Assembly: GCA_965263035.1 (NCBI GenBank)
Contig: OZ253580.1
Location: 1,056,001-1,120,000 of the forward strand
Direction of reading: 5' to 3'
DNA: 64,000 nucleotides
Origin: Acidobacteriota bacterium
GTDB taxonomy: Bacteria; Acidobacteriota; UBA6911; RPQK01; JAJDTT01
Shown here: one piece after another, positions 8,631 through 18,641 of the stretch
How the letters are laid out: every line of letters starts with the position of its first letter
Numbering within the stretch: the first letter of the stretch is position 1
Translations under genes and position numbers: made by a program
The notes under the pieces: model-generated
Told to the model about the DNA's origin: nothing
What the model saw: the letters and a program-made list of their open reading frames with translations, nothing else
Databases searched by the model: none

Positions 8631-11153
8631 TCAGAACGACATGAACTCGGAACCGGGAAACGGCTCGATCAAATCGTCGGCGGCGGGTTCCGCGTGGTGG
8701 ATCTGGAAGGCGTAAAGGTCTCCCTGCCGGAGATAGAACCGAAGGCGCACGGGACGGCCGGCCAATTCTCCCAGGTCTCTGCGATGCCTCCAACGAACCG
8801 GCTCTTGGACGCCGTCGAAGCTGGCGAGAACGCAGTCCGACTGACTGTAACCCTCAAGGGGATTTCCCTCGGCATCCAACACCTCCACCTTCAGATCTCC
8901 TTGAGGCACCTGGGCGTTGACCGTGAGGAGCCGGCCCTGGAAGACGAGCGGATGGGTGGTCAGGACCCCTATATCGCGGCCGGCTCTCCGGGAGACGAAA
9001 CCGTTGGTCCGGAATTCAGCCAGACCGGGCCAGATCCGGAAGTCGGGGCTTTTGGAAAGGAACGACTCGGGCGTCTCTCCGGTATTGGCGGTCAGATCCG
9101 CCCAGAAGCGGGTTCTGGCATCGTCTACCGTGCCATGAGTTCCCCGTCTCCAGCTCCAACCTGAGGGCATCAGGGACCAGGAGAAGCCTCTGGTCGAGGG
9201 CGGCGCCAGATAGGGACGTTCCACGAAAGTCTCGTCGGAAACGAGATCTTGTGCGTCCTTCCCCCCCATGCCGCTGTACAGGCCCGAGAGCTTCTCGCGA
9301 ACCCAGGCGTGGAAGTGGAGGTAGTTGGCTCCGTGATAGAAAATCCGGGTTCGCCCGCCCTGCCGGTGCCAGCCGGTGGGCATGTAGACGACGCCCCAGT
9401 CGAACGATCCCGGCGGGCCGTTGGCCAGCCATGCCTCTTCTCCGCCCGGCTGCTCCCAGTGGACGCCGTTGCGGCTCACCCAGAGCTGCAGATCCAGGTG
9501 CTGGGTGCGGACGTTGTAGCGGGGAAAGAACCCCAGGTACGAGTCTCCGCTCTTCCGGACACGGAAGCCGTAGTTGTGGAGGTTGGGATCGGAGACCTCG
9601 GGAACCCAGAGGTAACGGGCTTCCCAGTTGATGCCGTCCCGGGTGGCGTGGCGGGCCAGGGTCCGGGCCTTGGTGGAGTTGTCGTACCGGATCCGGCCCC
9701 GCCCGCGGTTGGGGGGACCCGGCGAAGTGTAGGCCACGAACTCTCCGGTAGCGCCGTCGTAGCCCATGGCCGCCGAGGTGTCGCCGGATACGGTCATGGT
9801 TTCGGTGCCACCCTGTCCCAAGCCGAACACGGGCGTGGGGCTGGTGACGTAGCTCTTCCCGTCCTGGTCCCAGACCACCAGATAGTAGCCGCGGCGGAGG
9901 GCCCAGCGATCACTGGTCTGCCGACCGGTGAAGAGCCACAGCCGGGCCCGGTGCAGGTCCGGATTCCCCCGGCGCGCGTAGTCCCAGACACCGGCGAAGA
10001 CGGGAAAGAGATCCCCCGGTTTGGTCACGTCCATCCGGGCCAGGATGTTGTTTGCTCGTGAGCCGTCGTGCTCCACCCTGCCCAGATCCGGCTTCGTCCA
10101 AGTGCGAAGGTCCTCGGAGACGGCCAGCATGTGATAGCGGAACTGGTCGTAGTTGACGTGGCGGTAGGTCAGCTCGTAACGATTCTCCTCGGGATTGTAG
10201 CGGGCCGAGTTGTCCAACAGGATGGAGTGGCCTTCATAGGACCGGTCGGGGGAGAGGATGGGCCCGTCCGTCACTTTTCGCGCCGGGTGAAACACTTTCC
10301 GGAGACCGCGCGACTCGGCGACCAGGTAGTCGTCCACGAGGAGTTGCGGTCCATCGCCGATCTTGGCCGCATCGCGCACGCGCGGCGCCGGTCCGTTTCG
10401 AAACAGTTGGAGGGTTCTGGCCACCCCGTCCGCCGACACCTCCCCCGCCCCCGGGAAACGGACACGGGCCTGGTAGGTTCCCGGCAGTAGATCCTCCAGG
10501 GAGAAGGTCACGCGGGTGTTGCGCCGGGTCAGTGACACCCGAACCGGTTCGGCGACCCGTTGACCGGTCAGAGGCTCGACCAGGTCCACCACCGCCGGAA
10601 GTTCGTCTGCCAGGGCGCCCGGGAGCAGCTTCAGGTCCAGACCGGCCTGCGCATCGTCGATGTAGAGAAGCCGATCCAGGTCGGCCCAGATCCATTCCTG
10701 GGGCGGAAGGCGAAACAGGGTCTGGAAGAGGATCTTTTCCGTAACCGGATCCCGGCCTGAGATCCTGAGCGTGTACTCCCCGGGATAAAACTGCCGGGGC
10801 CGATGCACCCAGGGACCGTGTCCCAGTAGCGGACCGAGGCCGAAACTCACCGGGCGGGGATCGCCGGAGGCCTCAAGGTACCGCTCCTGGCGAGTCGATC
10901 CTCCGTTGGGAAAGGTGAGGTCGGCGCGAATCAGGAGCGCCGGAGACGGACCCAGTTGGAATTGCACCGCGTGGTCCAGACCCCCGTCGAACGCCAGGGT
11001 GAAGCCGGAGACGATCTCTGAAGGTGGAGCCGCGCCCTCCACGTAGGAATCGAGTGGCACGCCGGCTTCGGCAGTCGATATGGCGAAAGCCCCAAGCATC
11101 AACGAGAATGTCGATACCAAGTTCGAAATCCCAAAGCCCGAAGAAATTCTCAT
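8631..11153 (-). CDS. Large secreted protein with putative 5-bladed beta-propeller glycosidase-like domain
   Basis: Signal peptide; motifs QLLVDDYLV, WTKPDLGRVEHDGSRANNIL, VSRNGVHW, LTTHPLVFQG; paralogous to 39243-41792. Confidence 0.6.
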   Translation of the reverse strand: MRISSGFGISNLVSTFSLMLGAFAISTAEAGVPLDSYVEGAAPPSEIVSGFTLAFDGGLDHAVQFQLGPSPALLIRADLTFPNGGSTRQERYLEASGDPRPVSFGLGPLLGHGPWVHRPRQFYPGEYTLRISGRDPVTEKILFQTLFRLPPQEWIWADLDRLLYIDDAQAGLDLKLLPGALADELPAVVDLVEPLTGQRVAEPVRVSLTRRNTRVTFSLEDLLPGTYQARVRFPGAGEVSADGVARTLQLFRNGPAPRVRDAAKIGDGPQLLVDDYLVAESRGLRKVFHPARKVTDGPILSPDRSYEGHSILLDNSARYNPEENRYELTYRHVNYDQFRYHMLAVSEDLRTWTKPDLGRVEHDGSRANNILARMDVTKPGDLFPVFAGVWDYARRGNPDLHRARLWLFTGRQTSDRWALRRGYYLVVWDQDGKSYVTSPTPVFGLGQGGTETMTVSGDTSAAMGYDGATGEFVAYTSPGPPNRGRGRIRYDNSTKARTLARHATRDGINWEARYLWVPEVSDPNLHNYGFRVRKSGDSYLGFFPRYNVRTQHLDLQLWVSRNGVHWEQPGGEEAWLANGPPGSFDWGVVYMPTGWHRQGGRTRIFYHGANYLHFHAWVREKLSGLYSGMGGKDAQDLVSDETFVERPYLAPPSTRGFSWSLMPSGWSWRRGTHGTVDDARTRFWADLTANTGETPESFLSKSPDFRIWPGLAEFRTNGFVSRRAGRDIGVLTTHPLVFQGRLLTVNAQVPQGDLKVEVLDAEGNPLEGYSQSDCVLASFDGVQEPVRWRHRRDLGELAGRPVRLRFYLRQGDLYAFQIHHAEPAADDLIEPFPGSEFMSF

Positions 11154-11281
11154 TATTCAAACCCCGATTTTCGATGCCAGTTTCCCGAATCCCCTGGTCC
11201 GCCGTCGCCACTGAAACCATTGAGCCGGTTACAATCCAGCGCGAGTTGTCCCGGATCAGGCACCAAACTACAATCCGGACC

Positions 11282-12442
11282 ATGCCAAGAGCAATCCTGG
11301 TACTCCTGACCATGATAGCCACCTGGGGTCATGCTGCTGCGGCAGTTGCACCCGAGCGCATCCACTACACCGGCAAGATCGGTCACATCGTCCAACTCCA
11401 GGACGGACGCCTGTTGACCCTCTACACGCTGGGAAGAGCAGGCGAGGACGGTTCGCTCAACGGACCCGAACAGCCGGCTTACGTTCGCTACTCCGGCGAC
11501 CAGGGACGAAATTGGTCGAAAGAGAAGATCGCTTTTTCATTCGCAGCCGGACGCGGGACGATGCCCACCTACAGGCAGTCGGCGGGTCCCTACCTTCTGC
11601 TGGACCGAAATGGAATCCTCCACCTGCTTTCCATCCGATACTATCGCGGCCCCAAACGAGGCGACCCGGCGGTGGTCGCGGTCTCAGAGCTTTTTCACAA
11701 CCTGTCACGCGACGGCGGCCAGACCTGGAACAAGCCGAAGAGGATCGACGTGGGCCATCACTGGTTTCCGCAAATCCAGTCCATGATCCAGCTTTCCAAT
11801 GGGCGTCTGCTGACCGCCGGAAACTATGCGAGCGACAACTACCTCTCTGACACGGGGGAATACGAGTATCGGATCATCGTGATTTTCTCGGATGACCAAG
11901 GTGAAACCTGGCAACTGGGACCGGACGACATCCGGATACCCATCGGTCCCTTCCGGGGGCATCCCGGCGCCATCGAGCCGGTCCTGGCCGAGCTGAGAGA
12001 CGGCCGGGTCTGGATGATCTTTCGCTCCCAGTACGGAGTCTTCTACCAGACCTTCTCGTCCGACGGCGGCAGCAACTGGGAACCCACATCGCCCACCACG
12101 ATCAAGGCGGCCAACGCACCCGCGGGAATATTGAGACTTGCGGACGGGAGGCTCATGCTCTCGTGGAACGATTGGGGCAACTACCCTGGTGGGCGGGTTC
12201 TGCGCCGGGGGCGACAATACCTTCACGTCGCGATTTCCAGCGATGACGGAAAGACCTGGAGTCCATCCAGACTGATCGCCGGACCCTCCACGCCTGATCC
12301 CGAAAACGCCCAGATGCGATACCCCTTCCTGTGCCGGACCAGCGACGGGTACGTGCTGCTCCGCTACCATCGCATCGAGCGAACCATCGGGATGAGTCGG
12401 CGTGATCTGCTCCGAATCGATCCCGACTGGATCGCCGAGTAG
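11282..12442 (+). CDS. Secreted sialidase-like (BNR/Asp-box) protein
   Basis: Signal peptide from ATG 11282; five Asp boxes (SGDQGRNW, SRDGGQTW, SDDQGETW, SSDGGSNW, SSDDGKTW); IEP and RYP motifs. Confidence 0.8.
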   Translation: MPRAILVLLTMIATWGHAAAAVAPERIHYTGKIGHIVQLQDGRLLTLYTLGRAGEDGSLNGPEQPAYVRYSGDQGRNWSKEKIAFSFAAGRGTMPTYRQSAGPYLLLDRNGILHLLSIRYYRGPKRGDPAVVAVSELFHNLSRDGGQTWNKPKRIDVGHHWFPQIQSMIQLSNGRLLTAGNYASDNYLSDTGEYEYRIIVIFSDDQGETWQLGPDDIRIPIGPFRGHPGAIEPVLAELRDGRVWMIFRSQYGVFYQTFSSDGGSNWEPTSPTTIKAANAPAGILRLADGRLMLSWNDWGNYPGGRVLRRGRQYLHVAISSDDGKTWSPSRLIAGPSTPDPENAQMRYPFLCRTSDGYVLLRYHRIERTIGMSRRDLLRIDPDWIAE

Positions 12443-12541
12443 AGCAAGAGTCTGATTCAGTTTCGCGCGGACGGTGTAGACCCCGATCGGGAGCAGACGG
12501 AATTCGTAGTAAACGACGTCGCTGCAAGGACGAATTGAACT

Positions 12542-13711
12542 ATGCAAGAAACAGCAGACGCGGTGGTAATCGGCGGTGGCATCATGGGAGCCAGCACGGC
12601 GCATTTCTTGGCCAAGAAGGGTGTCGGCAAGGTTGTATTGCTGGAGAAGCGGACTCTGGCTGCGGTGAGCACCGGCCATTCGGCGGCCAACATACGCTGT
12701 TCCTACTCCAATCCCGTCACCGTCCAACTCGCCTTGCGTTCCTTCGATATGTTCGAGAACGATCGTGAGGAAATGGGTGGAGACACCGGCTTCCGGCGAA
12801 CCGGCATGATTATCCTGCTCGAGAAAGAGCACGTCGCCGCCGGCAGAACGGTGCTTGAGTCCGAGAGAGAACACCACACCGAGACCCAGGAACTCGGACC
12901 GGACGAGATCAAGGAACTGGCACCCCAGTTCAACCTGGACGGAGTCGTCTGCGGAACGTACCAGCCGCGCGGCGGTTACGCGGACCCGGTACGGACCACA
13001 CGGACGCTGGTACGGGCGGCGGCAAAGTGGGGTCTGGTCGCGTACGAAGGTGTCAGCGCAAGGAGGATTCGAGTCGACGGCGACCGTGTCAGCGGTGTCG
13101 AGAGTGACCAAGGCGTCATTCAGACCGGGCTGGTGGTCAACGCCGCCGGACCCTGGGGGATCCACGTGGGGAGGTCAGCGGGCCGCCACTACTCCATTCG
13201 CTGGAGCCGGGAAGTCGATCTGGTCCTCCGGTTGCCGGAGGACTTCGGCCACTTTCCCATCATCGCCGATCCCGGGTGCCACATCTATTTTCGGCCTCAA
13301 CGGCAAGGGAAACTGCTGGCCGGCTTGGACTATCCCAAGGAAATCGAACCGCTGGACATCGACGACTACGATGCCAGCCTGGACGCCAACAGCCGCCGCC
13401 GAATCGAGCGGGGACTGTTCAGACGAATCCCGTCACTTCGAGACGCCGAGTTCGACCGCGGATGGGCGTCGATTTACACCATCACCGATGACTGGCATCC
13501 GGTGGTGGGTCCTGAGGGTGGCCCGGACGGCTACTATGCCTGTTTCGGCGGCAGCGGCCACGGATTCAAGTTGGGGCCACCCATCGGCGAGTCCTTGGCC
13601 AGCATCATGCTGGGCCAGGATCCCAGGATCGACCTCCACCCACTGCGGCCAAGCCGCTTCGAGGAGGGAGATACGTTCACTTCCGCGTGGGGCGCGGGAA
13701 ACCGGGCGTGA
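12542..13711 (+). CDS. FAD-dependent oxidoreductase (DAO/sarcosine oxidase beta-like)
   Basis: VIGGGIMG FAD-binding motif; VVNAAGPW; GGSGHGFKLGP. Confidence 0.9.
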   Translation: MQETADAVVIGGGIMGASTAHFLAKKGVGKVVLLEKRTLAAVSTGHSAANIRCSYSNPVTVQLALRSFDMFENDREEMGGDTGFRRTGMIILLEKEHVAAGRTVLESEREHHTETQELGPDEIKELAPQFNLDGVVCGTYQPRGGYADPVRTTRTLVRAAAKWGLVAYEGVSARRIRVDGDRVSGVESDQGVIQTGLVVNAAGPWGIHVGRSAGRHYSIRWSREVDLVLRLPEDFGHFPIIADPGCHIYFRPQRQGKLLAGLDYPKEIEPLDIDDYDASLDANSRRRIERGLFRRIPSLRDAEFDRGWASIYTITDDWHPVVGPEGGPDGYYACFGGSGHGFKLGPPIGESLASIMLGQDPRIDLHPLRPSRFEEGDTFTSAWGAGNRA

Positions 13712-13782
13712 CGCCGCAGCAAGCACCACCCCGAACGGTCCATTGGGGGCTTTCGCCCAGCGGCTATACTGGGGTCATGGGC

Positions 13783-15399
13783 ATGCGAAACCGGTTCGTC
13801 GTCACCACGTTCCTTCTGATTTGCCTGACTGCCGCTCAGGGCTGCACCGGGGAAACGCCCATCAGGCCGCCCAACATCGTCCTCATCCTGGCGGACGACA
13901 TGGGGTTTTCGGACCTGGGATGTTACGGAGGCGAAATCGAGACGCCCAACCTGGACGCGCTGGCCGCGGGGGGACTGCGCTTCACCCAGTTCTACAACAC
14001 GACCCGGTGTTGGCCCACAAGGGCGGCCCTCCTGACCGGATACTACGCCCAGCAGGTCCGGCGCGACGTGCTGCCCGGTCAATGCGGGGGCGGCGTCACC
14101 GTTCGTCCGGAGTGGGCCCGGTTGCTGCCGGACCTGCTGGGACCGGCAGGCTATCGCAGCTATCACAGCGGCAAGTGGCACATCGACGGCAAGGTGCTGG
14201 ACGGCGGCTTCCATCGCTCGTTGGACAGGAGGAACCAGGGCAACTTCTTCACCGCCGAGGGAAACTTCATTGACGACGCGCCGATCGAGCCGTCCGCGGA
14301 CGAGTCCGGATACTACGCCACCACCGCCACCGTCGACCACGCCCTCGACTGCCTCCGGGAGCATGCGGACGCCTATCCCGATCGGCCCTTCTTTCACTAC
14401 ATCGCGTTCATCGCGCCACACTTTCCCCTGCACGCTCTGCCTCAGGACATTGCACGCTACCGGGACCGGTACCTGGACGGCTGGGACGTCATGCGGCAAC
14501 GGCGTTACGCCCGGCAGCGGGAAATGGGGCTGGTCAATACGACCCTTTCGGAGCTTGAGCCCGAGGTCGGGCCCCCATATCACTTTTCCGTGGCCCTCAA
14601 GATACTGGGGCCCGGTGAAATCAACCGCCCGCTGCCGTGGAGCGAGCTGACGGAGGAGCAGCGGCGGTTCCAGGCGACGAAGATGGCGATCCACGCGGCG
14701 ATGGTGGATCGAATGGATCGTGAGATCGGCCGCGTTATCGAGCAACTCAAGGCCATGGGCGCTCTCCGGAACACGCTCATCTTCTTCGCCTCGGACAACG
14801 GCGCCAGTGCCGAGATCATGGTGCGCCACGGCGGTCATGACCCGGAGGCCCCTCCCGGCAGCGCGGCCACGTATCTCTGTCTCGGCCCCGGTTTCTCAAG
14901 CCCCTCCAACACGCCGTTTCGGCGTCACAAGACCTGGGTCCACGAAGGCGGCGTCAGCACTCCGCTGGTGGTGCATTGGCCCGAAGGGATTCGGGCCCGT
15001 GGCGAGCTCCGGCACACGCCGGGTCACGTGATCGACATCGTCCCCACCATCCTGGACGCCATCGGCATCGAGAAACCGGCGAGTTGGGGCGGCCAGCCTG
15101 TCCCCCAGGCTCCCGGCCGCAGCCTCCTGGGCGCGTTCGCCGAAGACCAGGTGATCGATCGCGAATTCCTCTGGTGGCTGCACGAGGGGAACCGAGCCGT
15201 TCGTACCGGCGATTGGAAGCTGGTCGCATCGAAGGGAGACCCGTGGGAGCTGTACGACCTGTCGACGGACCGTGCCGAATCACGAGACTTGGCACGGCTT
15301 CAACCGGACAGGGTCAAGGAACTGGAAGCGATCTGGCAGCGCGAGCTCGCCGCCATGAAACACCTCGCAGCCGAGGCTGCAGCAGACGAATCCAAGTGA
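13783..15399 (+). CDS. Arylsulfatase (formylglycine-dependent)
   Basis: PNIVLILADDMGFSDLG; CWPTRAALLTG (CxPxR); GKWH; APHFPLH; SDNG. Confidence 0.92.
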   Translation: MRNRFVVTTFLLICLTAAQGCTGETPIRPPNIVLILADDMGFSDLGCYGGEIETPNLDALAAGGLRFTQFYNTTRCWPTRAALLTGYYAQQVRRDVLPGQCGGGVTVRPEWARLLPDLLGPAGYRSYHSGKWHIDGKVLDGGFHRSLDRRNQGNFFTAEGNFIDDAPIEPSADESGYYATTATVDHALDCLREHADAYPDRPFFHYIAFIAPHFPLHALPQDIARYRDRYLDGWDVMRQRRYARQREMGLVNTTLSELEPEVGPPYHFSVALKILGPGEINRPLPWSELTEEQRRFQATKMAIHAAMVDRMDREIGRVIEQLKAMGALRNTLIFFASDNGASAEIMVRHGGHDPEAPPGSAATYLCLGPGFSSPSNTPFRRHKTWVHEGGVSTPLVVHWPEGIRARGELRHTPGHVIDIVPTILDAIGIEKPASWGGQPVPQAPGRSLLGAFAEDQVIDREFLWWLHEGNRAVRTGDWKLVASKGDPWELYDLSTDRAESRDLARLQPDRVKELEAIWQRELAAMKHLAAEAAADESK

Positions 15400-15504
15400 C
15401 GGGCGGAGCGCATCCCGGACTCTGGCCAGCCGATGACTTCCTTGGGTCGAGAATCCAGGTTCCGTCTCCACAGGCGTCCGGGGAAATAGGATTCTTGATG
15501 TACG

Positions 15505-18387
15505 TCAGAAGAGACGGTCCTGCTGTCGTGATCTGGGTCGCCGACGCAATGGAGTTCGCGCCGATTGCAAGGTCTTGTTGAGGTTTTTCTTTTCGGTGTC
15601 GTTCAGTCGAGCTTCCAGGCGCACGGGGCGCCGTGCAACCAGATCCTCCAGCTCTACGACCCACTGTAAATCGGCCTTCTCTTCGCCCTCTGCCAGCCGA
15701 ATGGCCCGATTGAATTTTCCGGATTCCCGCCAGTTGTGCAACGCGTCTCCAGGGAGCCCCGCCCGCTCGAATTCTTCGGCGGCCTCGAGTCTCCGGCCCA
15801 CATTCTCCAAGATCGTTCCGGCCATCTGCGGATCGGGAGAGTCCACCCGTGACAGCACACGACCAGCTTCCCTCCACTTGCCCGCCGTCGCCAATACACC
15901 GATCGCCTGGTTGCGCAATACCTCCGCCTCGGCAGCCATGTCGCCCGTATAGCCGATCAGATCGAGCCAGACCTCAACCTCGCCCGAATAGCGAGCTGCC
16001 CACGCCGGCTCGGCAGCGCAGCGGCGCAACGCGCTCAAGAGGGACTGGAGCAGGATCGGCAGAGCCGACTGCAGCCACCTGCGATCGTGTGATTCCAAGG
16101 CGAGCGTCGCCCGGATCAAAGCGAACGGCGCCTTTGCCCTCCCTCGCGTCCAGTGATTGAAACTGGCAAACGCCTTTCTCTGTGCGTCGTTGCCCCACAC
16201 CGAGGCCACTTTCCTGGCCGTGTTGACGATCTGGTTCCGTTCCCCATGCCCCAATGCAGCATCGACCATCCTGCGTGCGGCTACCAGGAGCACACTCGTG
16301 CAAACTTCTTGTCGAATTGCCTCATCGGCTTCGAAAGCGCCCACTTCCGGCTCGCCGAGCAGCCGCAGGGCTTGGCAGGCTCGCTGCCAGGCCCGTGCAG
16401 GAACCGTGTCCACCAGTGCCAATGCGTCACGACTTCTGACCAGAATCCGCTCGTCAAGAGGTCGATCGACATCCAGGAAGAACTCCGTCAGATCCTCAGT
16501 CGTGAATTCCTCGGGACTTTTCAGCAGGTCCTTGCTGATTCGCTTCTCGCTATCGTCAGGCTGAACGTCGACGAACACCAGATTCTCCGTCGCACGACTT
16601 ACGGCCACGCGCAGGCCATCGATGGCCGTGCGCCTTGCCTGAATCTCCAGCGGACCGTGGTTTTCCGTGTCGTGGCGGAGTTGCTTGACGAGCTTCCCGA
16701 CGTCCAGCACGCAGACCGAACCGTACTCGAGCCCTTTAACGGACTCAGGTGTGTGTATCACGTCGCGATGCTGGTGAGGCACCCATTCGGGAATCGTTTC
16801 TTTTGGGCTGACCACTGCTACATCGGCGACATCGTCCAGCTTCTCCACCAAGGAGCCCGCGCTCTCCCGGTCCGGTACGGAGACGTAGATGAGCCGGGCG
16901 ATGATCTCTTCCTCGACTTGTCTGCTTTTCTGGTTCTTCGGACGCCAGTCCTTGTCGATCAGCCTGTAGAGATTCGATGCTCGTTCGATGACGTCGGAAA
17001 TCAGACTCGGACTCCGAACGTTGTGATCGAGAGGAATCTCCCGGGGTTTTGTGAGCGTGCCGTTCAGCAGGGAGTTGAGGCGATTCGGGTCGAATCCGGA
17101 GGGCCTGACGGTCTGACCGTCATCAAAGGCCATCAGTAGCCACGGGGCATGACTTCGATTCAACGCCAGATCGCGGCAATACTCCACGACCACCGCCGAC
17201 TCGAGCAGCGAAAGGTCTTGAACCTCGTCCACCACGACACGGTCGTATGTCTGCAAGCTCGCGGGCAGGTTGCCCGTCCGCACTCGCTCCAAAGCTGTTC
17301 GGGCGGCGGCCAGTTCAGGGAAAACCTTTTCGTACCATTCCCGCCACCGAGATCGGCTGATGATCGCCAGCAGTGCCCGGGCGGCCTCGCGTCCGACTTG
17401 GCTGTTCGCCATGTACTGCTCGTCGGACAGGCGCCTGCCGTCGGCGGCGCATTCCATGAGACCCGGTACGGCACGTCCGAACAGGACCGCTCGCAGTTCG
17501 GCGTGGAGCGCGTTCAGTTTGTCGTGCCAGGGACCGAGGTGGTCCCTCAGTTTCCACCAGGCGAAAGCTTGTCTGAATTTCTCGCGGCTCGAGGCAAGGG
17601 TGAGCCTTGAAATGTCGGTTCCGCACAGACTGCCGATGAAGACCCGGAACTCTCGGGCATCCACTTGCGATTCGGGCGACGAAAACGCCGAAAAACGAGA
17701 TCGAGTGTCATCGATCAATGCACTCGACCAGGTGAGGTAGAGTGTCTTGCCCCCGCGCGATTCGACTGCCTTCCACAAGGCCATCGTCTTACCCGACCCG
17801 GGGTAGCCGTGGACCACTCTCACGGGCTCCTCGTTCTGCATGAACTCTCGCTGTGCCTCGGTCCAGGGGCTCTCGAATGTCCCGTTGGAATCTCCCGCGA
17901 GTTCACCCGCCGACAGTCCGAAATACTCGTCAAGGTTGCCCGCTTTCAAGACCCTATGTTGGTCATGGTGGCGTACCGTTCGCAAGAGGATCGCGCCTCT
18001 CGCCAAGCCATCGATTCCCTTCGATTGCGGGCTACCCTGCGGTGTCCACCAGAGGTAGTAGTGCATTCCGCCTTGACCACCAAGCGGGGTCCGGCGCCAC
18101 CCCCGGTTCGCCGCGTCGCCGCAGCCCTTGACGATGGTGGTTCGACCCAAGGCGGCGAGTTGTTGGACAGCGATTGCGAGCCGCTTACTGATCGCCGGAC
18201 GGCCTTGAATGTCGGCGAGGACGCTGCCGTGCAACCGAATGCGGTCACGCAGGCCTGCTCCCCCTCGCGGCTGACCATTCGTAGCGATGTCCGGACGAAA
18301 CGCCACTCGACTCCATTGCCGCAGGTGCTCAAATTGCTGAAGATTTCCAGTCACGGGAACGACCTTCCTTTCAACTCTGCACACCAC
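15505..18387 (-). CDS. UvrD/SF1 helicase with RelE-like N-terminal domain and TPR-like C-terminus
   Basis: Walker A GYPGSGKT, Walker B VVVDEVQD, AFDDGQTV, HNVRS, VKGLEY, VAVSRATENL. The start may be GTG 18354, behind AGGAAGG. Confidence 0.8.
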   Translation of the reverse strand: MVCRVERKVVPVTGNLQQFEHLRQWSRVAFRPDIATNGQPRGGAGLRDRIRLHGSVLADIQGRPAISKRLAIAVQQLAALGRTTIVKGCGDAANRGWRRTPLGGQGGMHYYLWWTPQGSPQSKGIDGLARGAILLRTVRHHDQHRVLKAGNLDEYFGLSAGELAGDSNGTFESPWTEAQREFMQNEEPVRVVHGYPGSGKTMALWKAVESRGGKTLYLTWSSALIDDTRSRFSAFSSPESQVDAREFRVFIGSLCGTDISRLTLASSREKFRQAFAWWKLRDHLGPWHDKLNALHAELRAVLFGRAVPGLMECAADGRRLSDEQYMANSQVGREAARALLAIISRSRWREWYEKVFPELAAARTALERVRTGNLPASLQTYDRVVVDEVQDLSLLESAVVVEYCRDLALNRSHAPWLLMAFDDGQTVRPSGFDPNRLNSLLNGTLTKPREIPLDHNVRSPSLISDVIERASNLYRLIDKDWRPKNQKSRQVEEEIIARLIYVSVPDRESAGSLVEKLDDVADVAVVSPKETIPEWVPHQHRDVIHTPESVKGLEYGSVCVLDVGKLVKQLRHDTENHGPLEIQARRTAIDGLRVAVSRATENLVFVDVQPDDSEKRISKDLLKSPEEFTTEDLTEFFLDVDRPLDERILVRSRDALALVDTVPARAWQRACQALRLLGEPEVGAFEADEAIRQEVCTSVLLVAARRMVDAALGHGERNQIVNTARKVASVWGNDAQRKAFASFNHWTRGRAKAPFALIRATLALESHDRRWLQSALPILLQSLLSALRRCAAEPAWAARYSGEVEVWLDLIGYTGDMAAEAEVLRNQAIGVLATAGKWREAGRVLSRVDSPDPQMAGTILENVGRRLEAAEEFERAGLPGDALHNWRESGKFNRAIRLAEGEEKADLQWVVELEDLVARRPVRLEARLNDTEKKNLNKTLQSARTPLRRRPRSRQQDRLF

Positions 18388-18641
18388 TTCGATGGAGGAA
18401 TTATGGTGAAGACCACTGACTTGATCTCAGTGCTTACTCAAATGGACATAAAATGACGTTGTATGGCCATCTGTTCCCGCTTCAATGCCTTGGTGCGGCG
18501 TCTGACGAGTTTCGAGAGAGCGGCCCAGTGCGCCGGCTGAGGACAGGAAAAGGCTGGAAGCCTTCATGCGCCGTTGCGGAAGAAGCCCTGTCAAGCCGCC
18601 CTTGGCCTGAATGATCCTGTCCCGCTTGTAGCCGCATCACC

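Noticed and set aside
18388-18641. Possible ncRNA between the OLD gene and the helicase (retron-like)
   Set aside because: No reverse transcriptase is nearby and no convincing inverted repeats were found.
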